Shown here one piece after another: positions 61,267 to 64,000 of a stretch of DNA of 64,000 nucleotides. A program made the position numbers and the translations under genes. The notes beneath the pieces were generated by a model. It ran no database searches, was not told the DNA's origin, and was given only the letters and a program-made list of their open reading frames with translations. Origin of the DNA: Saccostrea echinata (lineage: Eukaryota); assembly GCF_033153115.1 (NCBI RefSeq), contig NW_026889803.1, positions 1,240,001 to 1,304,000 of the forward strand. The letters run 5' to 3'. Every line of letters begins with the position of its first letter. The first letter of the stretch is position 1.

Positions 61267-61899
61267 CTACCTAATTAAATGATCAAAGTACAATATTAAG
61301 TCCCGAGAATTAAATTTTTCAAACTTCAATGGTTTAAAGAAAAAAATCAGAAGTTTTAAAACTCTCTTTAGTTCAGAATGTGTTGCAATGTTTTGAGTCT
61401 TAACATAAGTTAAACTCTCCAAATATGTTTATATGTGGATAATATTTTAAAATAATCATGCATAAAAATTTGTATACCTATAAAAACAACTTTATGCAAT
61501 CTACTCTGTTCTATATGAATTAACCTGACAATAACTCATCAGTAGCCAAGCAGGACACTACAGTATACTAATTCTACATGTAACTAGCCCTTTTGCTACA
61601 TAAATAATCTTTATGTCAATCTTTTATACTGCTATCCAGACAAGAATCCGACTTTGAGCATGCTTCGCTCGTTTAAACCAAAACATTCATTTTTATTTTG
61701 TTTCTATATGTATAAAACATTCTTTTTTTTGTATTCTCATTCAATCAAATAGACTGTTAATTAAATTAAATAAAAGGACTTCTTGATTTAACACAATTTA
61801 GCAAAGGGACGTAGCTCTTATTTGTTTCACTTATTACAATTTTGTACTCTGTTTTCCTAGAAACCCAGGAGCACAGAAAGGCACAATTACTTATTTATA

Positions 61900-63166
61900 T
61901 TTATACATTTACATTATTGATTTTAGTCTGTTTGCTTAATACTCAAGGGCAGATAAGAAGACTTTCAAAGTATTAATGCAATTTTGCTATATCATAATAG
62001 AGCCCCGCTAAAACACCAGAACCCCTGACCCAGGGGGCATGAAATTCAAAATTTTGGCACCCTTGCTAATCATAGCTGCACATTTAACTTGTTTGTTTAA
62101 TACCCAGTAGCAGAGAAAAAGATTTTCAAAGCATTAATTCATTTTCAGAATATAATAAATAAGCCCCCGAAAACCCTTACCCTTGGGCCACATCTTTCAC
62201 AATTTTGGAAGAGGCACCCTTCCTCATCATAACTATGTACGTAGTTCATCGGCTTAACACCCAGGAGCAGTGGAGAAGATTTCAAAGAATGCATTTTTAC
62301 TATACAATCACTAGAACGCCGCCCTAACACCAGAACCCCTGATACAGGGGCTGTGAAATTCAAAAATTTTGGAAGAGGTCCCCTTCTTCATCATAACTAT
62401 GTACTTAGTTCATCGGTTTAATACCCAGGAGTTGAGAAGAAGATTTTCAAAACATAAATGCATTTTTTACCGTATATTCATTAGAGTCCCGCCCTAACAC
62501 CAGAACCCTTCACCCAGGAGCTATAAAATTCACAATTTAGGAAGAGGTTCCCTTCCTCACCTTAACTATGCCCAGGAGCAGAGAAGGAGATTTTCAAAGA
62601 ATTAATGCATTTTCACTATATTATCATTAGAGCCCCGCCCTAACACCAGAACCCCTGAAACAGGGACCATGAAATTCACAATTTTGGAAGAGACACCCTT
62701 CCTCATCATAAATATGCATTTATTTTGTTTGTGTAATAGCCAGGAGCAGAGAAGATTTTTAAAGAAGAAATGCATTTTCACTATTTATTCTACAGAGCCC
62801 CATCTTTGTACCAGAACCCCTGACCCTAGGGCCATGAATTTAAAAATTTTGGTAGAGGGCTCGATATGCTTATTACAATCATGCACACAGTTTGGCTGCT
62901 TTATGTCTGGGAGTAAAGCAGAAGGTTGTTAAAGATTGCATTAATTTTGATGTGACAGCCCCACCTTTCAGGGCGCGGGGGGGGGGGGGGGGCATGAATT
63001 TCACAATTTTTATTCCCCCTCACCCATAGATGCTATATGCCAAAATTTGTTGGAATTGGTTCAGTGGTTCCAGAGAAGAAGCTGAAAATGTTTAAATGTT
63101 GACACACGACGACGGACGCAACCAGATAGCAATAGGTCACCTGAGTAAACTCAAGTGACCTAAAAA
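61900..63166 (-). mobile_element. 5' half of a Helentron/HINE-like element with ~150-170-bp internal repeats
   Basis: AGGTCACCTGAGTAAACTCAAGTGACCTAAAAA end, GAC microsatellite, repeated CCCTAACACCAGAACCC units; no 3' hairpin end adjacent. Left boundary approximate. Confidence 0.7.
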
Positions 63167-63511
63167 CGATGCTTTGTCCCTTTTGTTTTTCTGCTGAACA
63201 AATTTGATAATTTGCAAAGAGGTACATGTCTAAATAGTGGAAACTTAATTTTTGAATGGGGTTAAAGGGGCGTATAGTTGAAGAACTGCCCAGAAAGGGC
63301 AGTATTCAGGTTTCTGGAAAAGGGGGTGCGGAGCTCGATGAGGGTTGGGGATGGATGAAGTATGCCCTCTGTTAAGCCCGAAAACTATTATAAATGATTT
63401 CTAGTATATCTGGGTTAATTAAATCGTTTTCCCCCGCGGATACAGGATTTTTTCCGGGGGGGGGGGGTTCCACCCCGGTCAAGAAATTTCCAACCTAGAA
63501 ATTTCTTGACA

Positions 63512-63550
<39 letters not shown>

Positions 63551-64000
63551 AAAACAAAACAAAACAAAACACCCCCTCCCCCCAAAAAACACGTAAACTC
63601 CATTTCCGAAACTTGAATAATACCCATTTCGTAGTGGTGGCGTCGGGGTCTACGTTTTCTTGGGGGGCTGGGGTTCAAAGTCATTTTTTATTTGCTTCAG
63701 TATATACTTTAAATAACTCTGCAAATTCCAGGAGGGCCCCCCTTCCGCTCTAGAACCGCGCATGAGTAAGAAAACATAAGCTAGCGGCATTATTTAAGCT
63801 AGTAATTAATTTATTTTGTTTCAAAAATAGCATTTTCGAGATTTTTTTCATTATTGTAAAGGGGGGGGGGAGCAAATGCACCAACGCAACCCCTTCTGAC
63901 GGCTTTTCGGAAGCTTCCTTTTCTTCATTCCTACAAAATAATATTTAAATATCGTTTTTAATTATTTTAATACGAACTGCCAAGTAGATCAAACTTGAGC

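Noticed and set aside
143-63684. Remaining 60-100-aa ORFs in AT-rich intronic and intergenic DNA
   Set aside because: Low-complexity F/I/L/K-rich translations, often within repeats; only those overlapping the exons listed above are real.

Overview
Eukaryotic, AT-rich, intron-containing genomic DNA, most likely a bivalve mollusc (oyster-like; inferred from the repeat families, not proven). Five host genes can be fully reconstructed by hand with consistent GT-AG splice phases: DENR (+), a divergent GT22/PIG-B-like mannosyltransferase with a TPR-like tail (+), class I fructose-bisphosphate aldolase (+), VKORC1-like (-) and a theta-class GST (-). A sixth, partial gene (+, 51475-61266) fuses a divergent homeodomain to an HMG-box and lies between the two ends of a Helentron-like element. 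The standout feature is an intact, very young 8028-bp Ty3/Gypsy LTR retrotransposon (identical 226-bp LTRs, 4-bp TSD, single gag-pol ORF). Its integrase ends in a PHD finger of the H3K4me3-reading type, where chromoviruses carry a chromodomain, and it has inserted in the promoter-proximal 5' intron of aldolase. The rest is a dense patchwork of non-autonomous DNA transposons, including Helentron-like elements with internal 146-bp arrays and two elements carrying regularly spaced short-motif arrays, one resembling RFX X-boxes at about 175-bp period. All calls are by eye; no searches were run.
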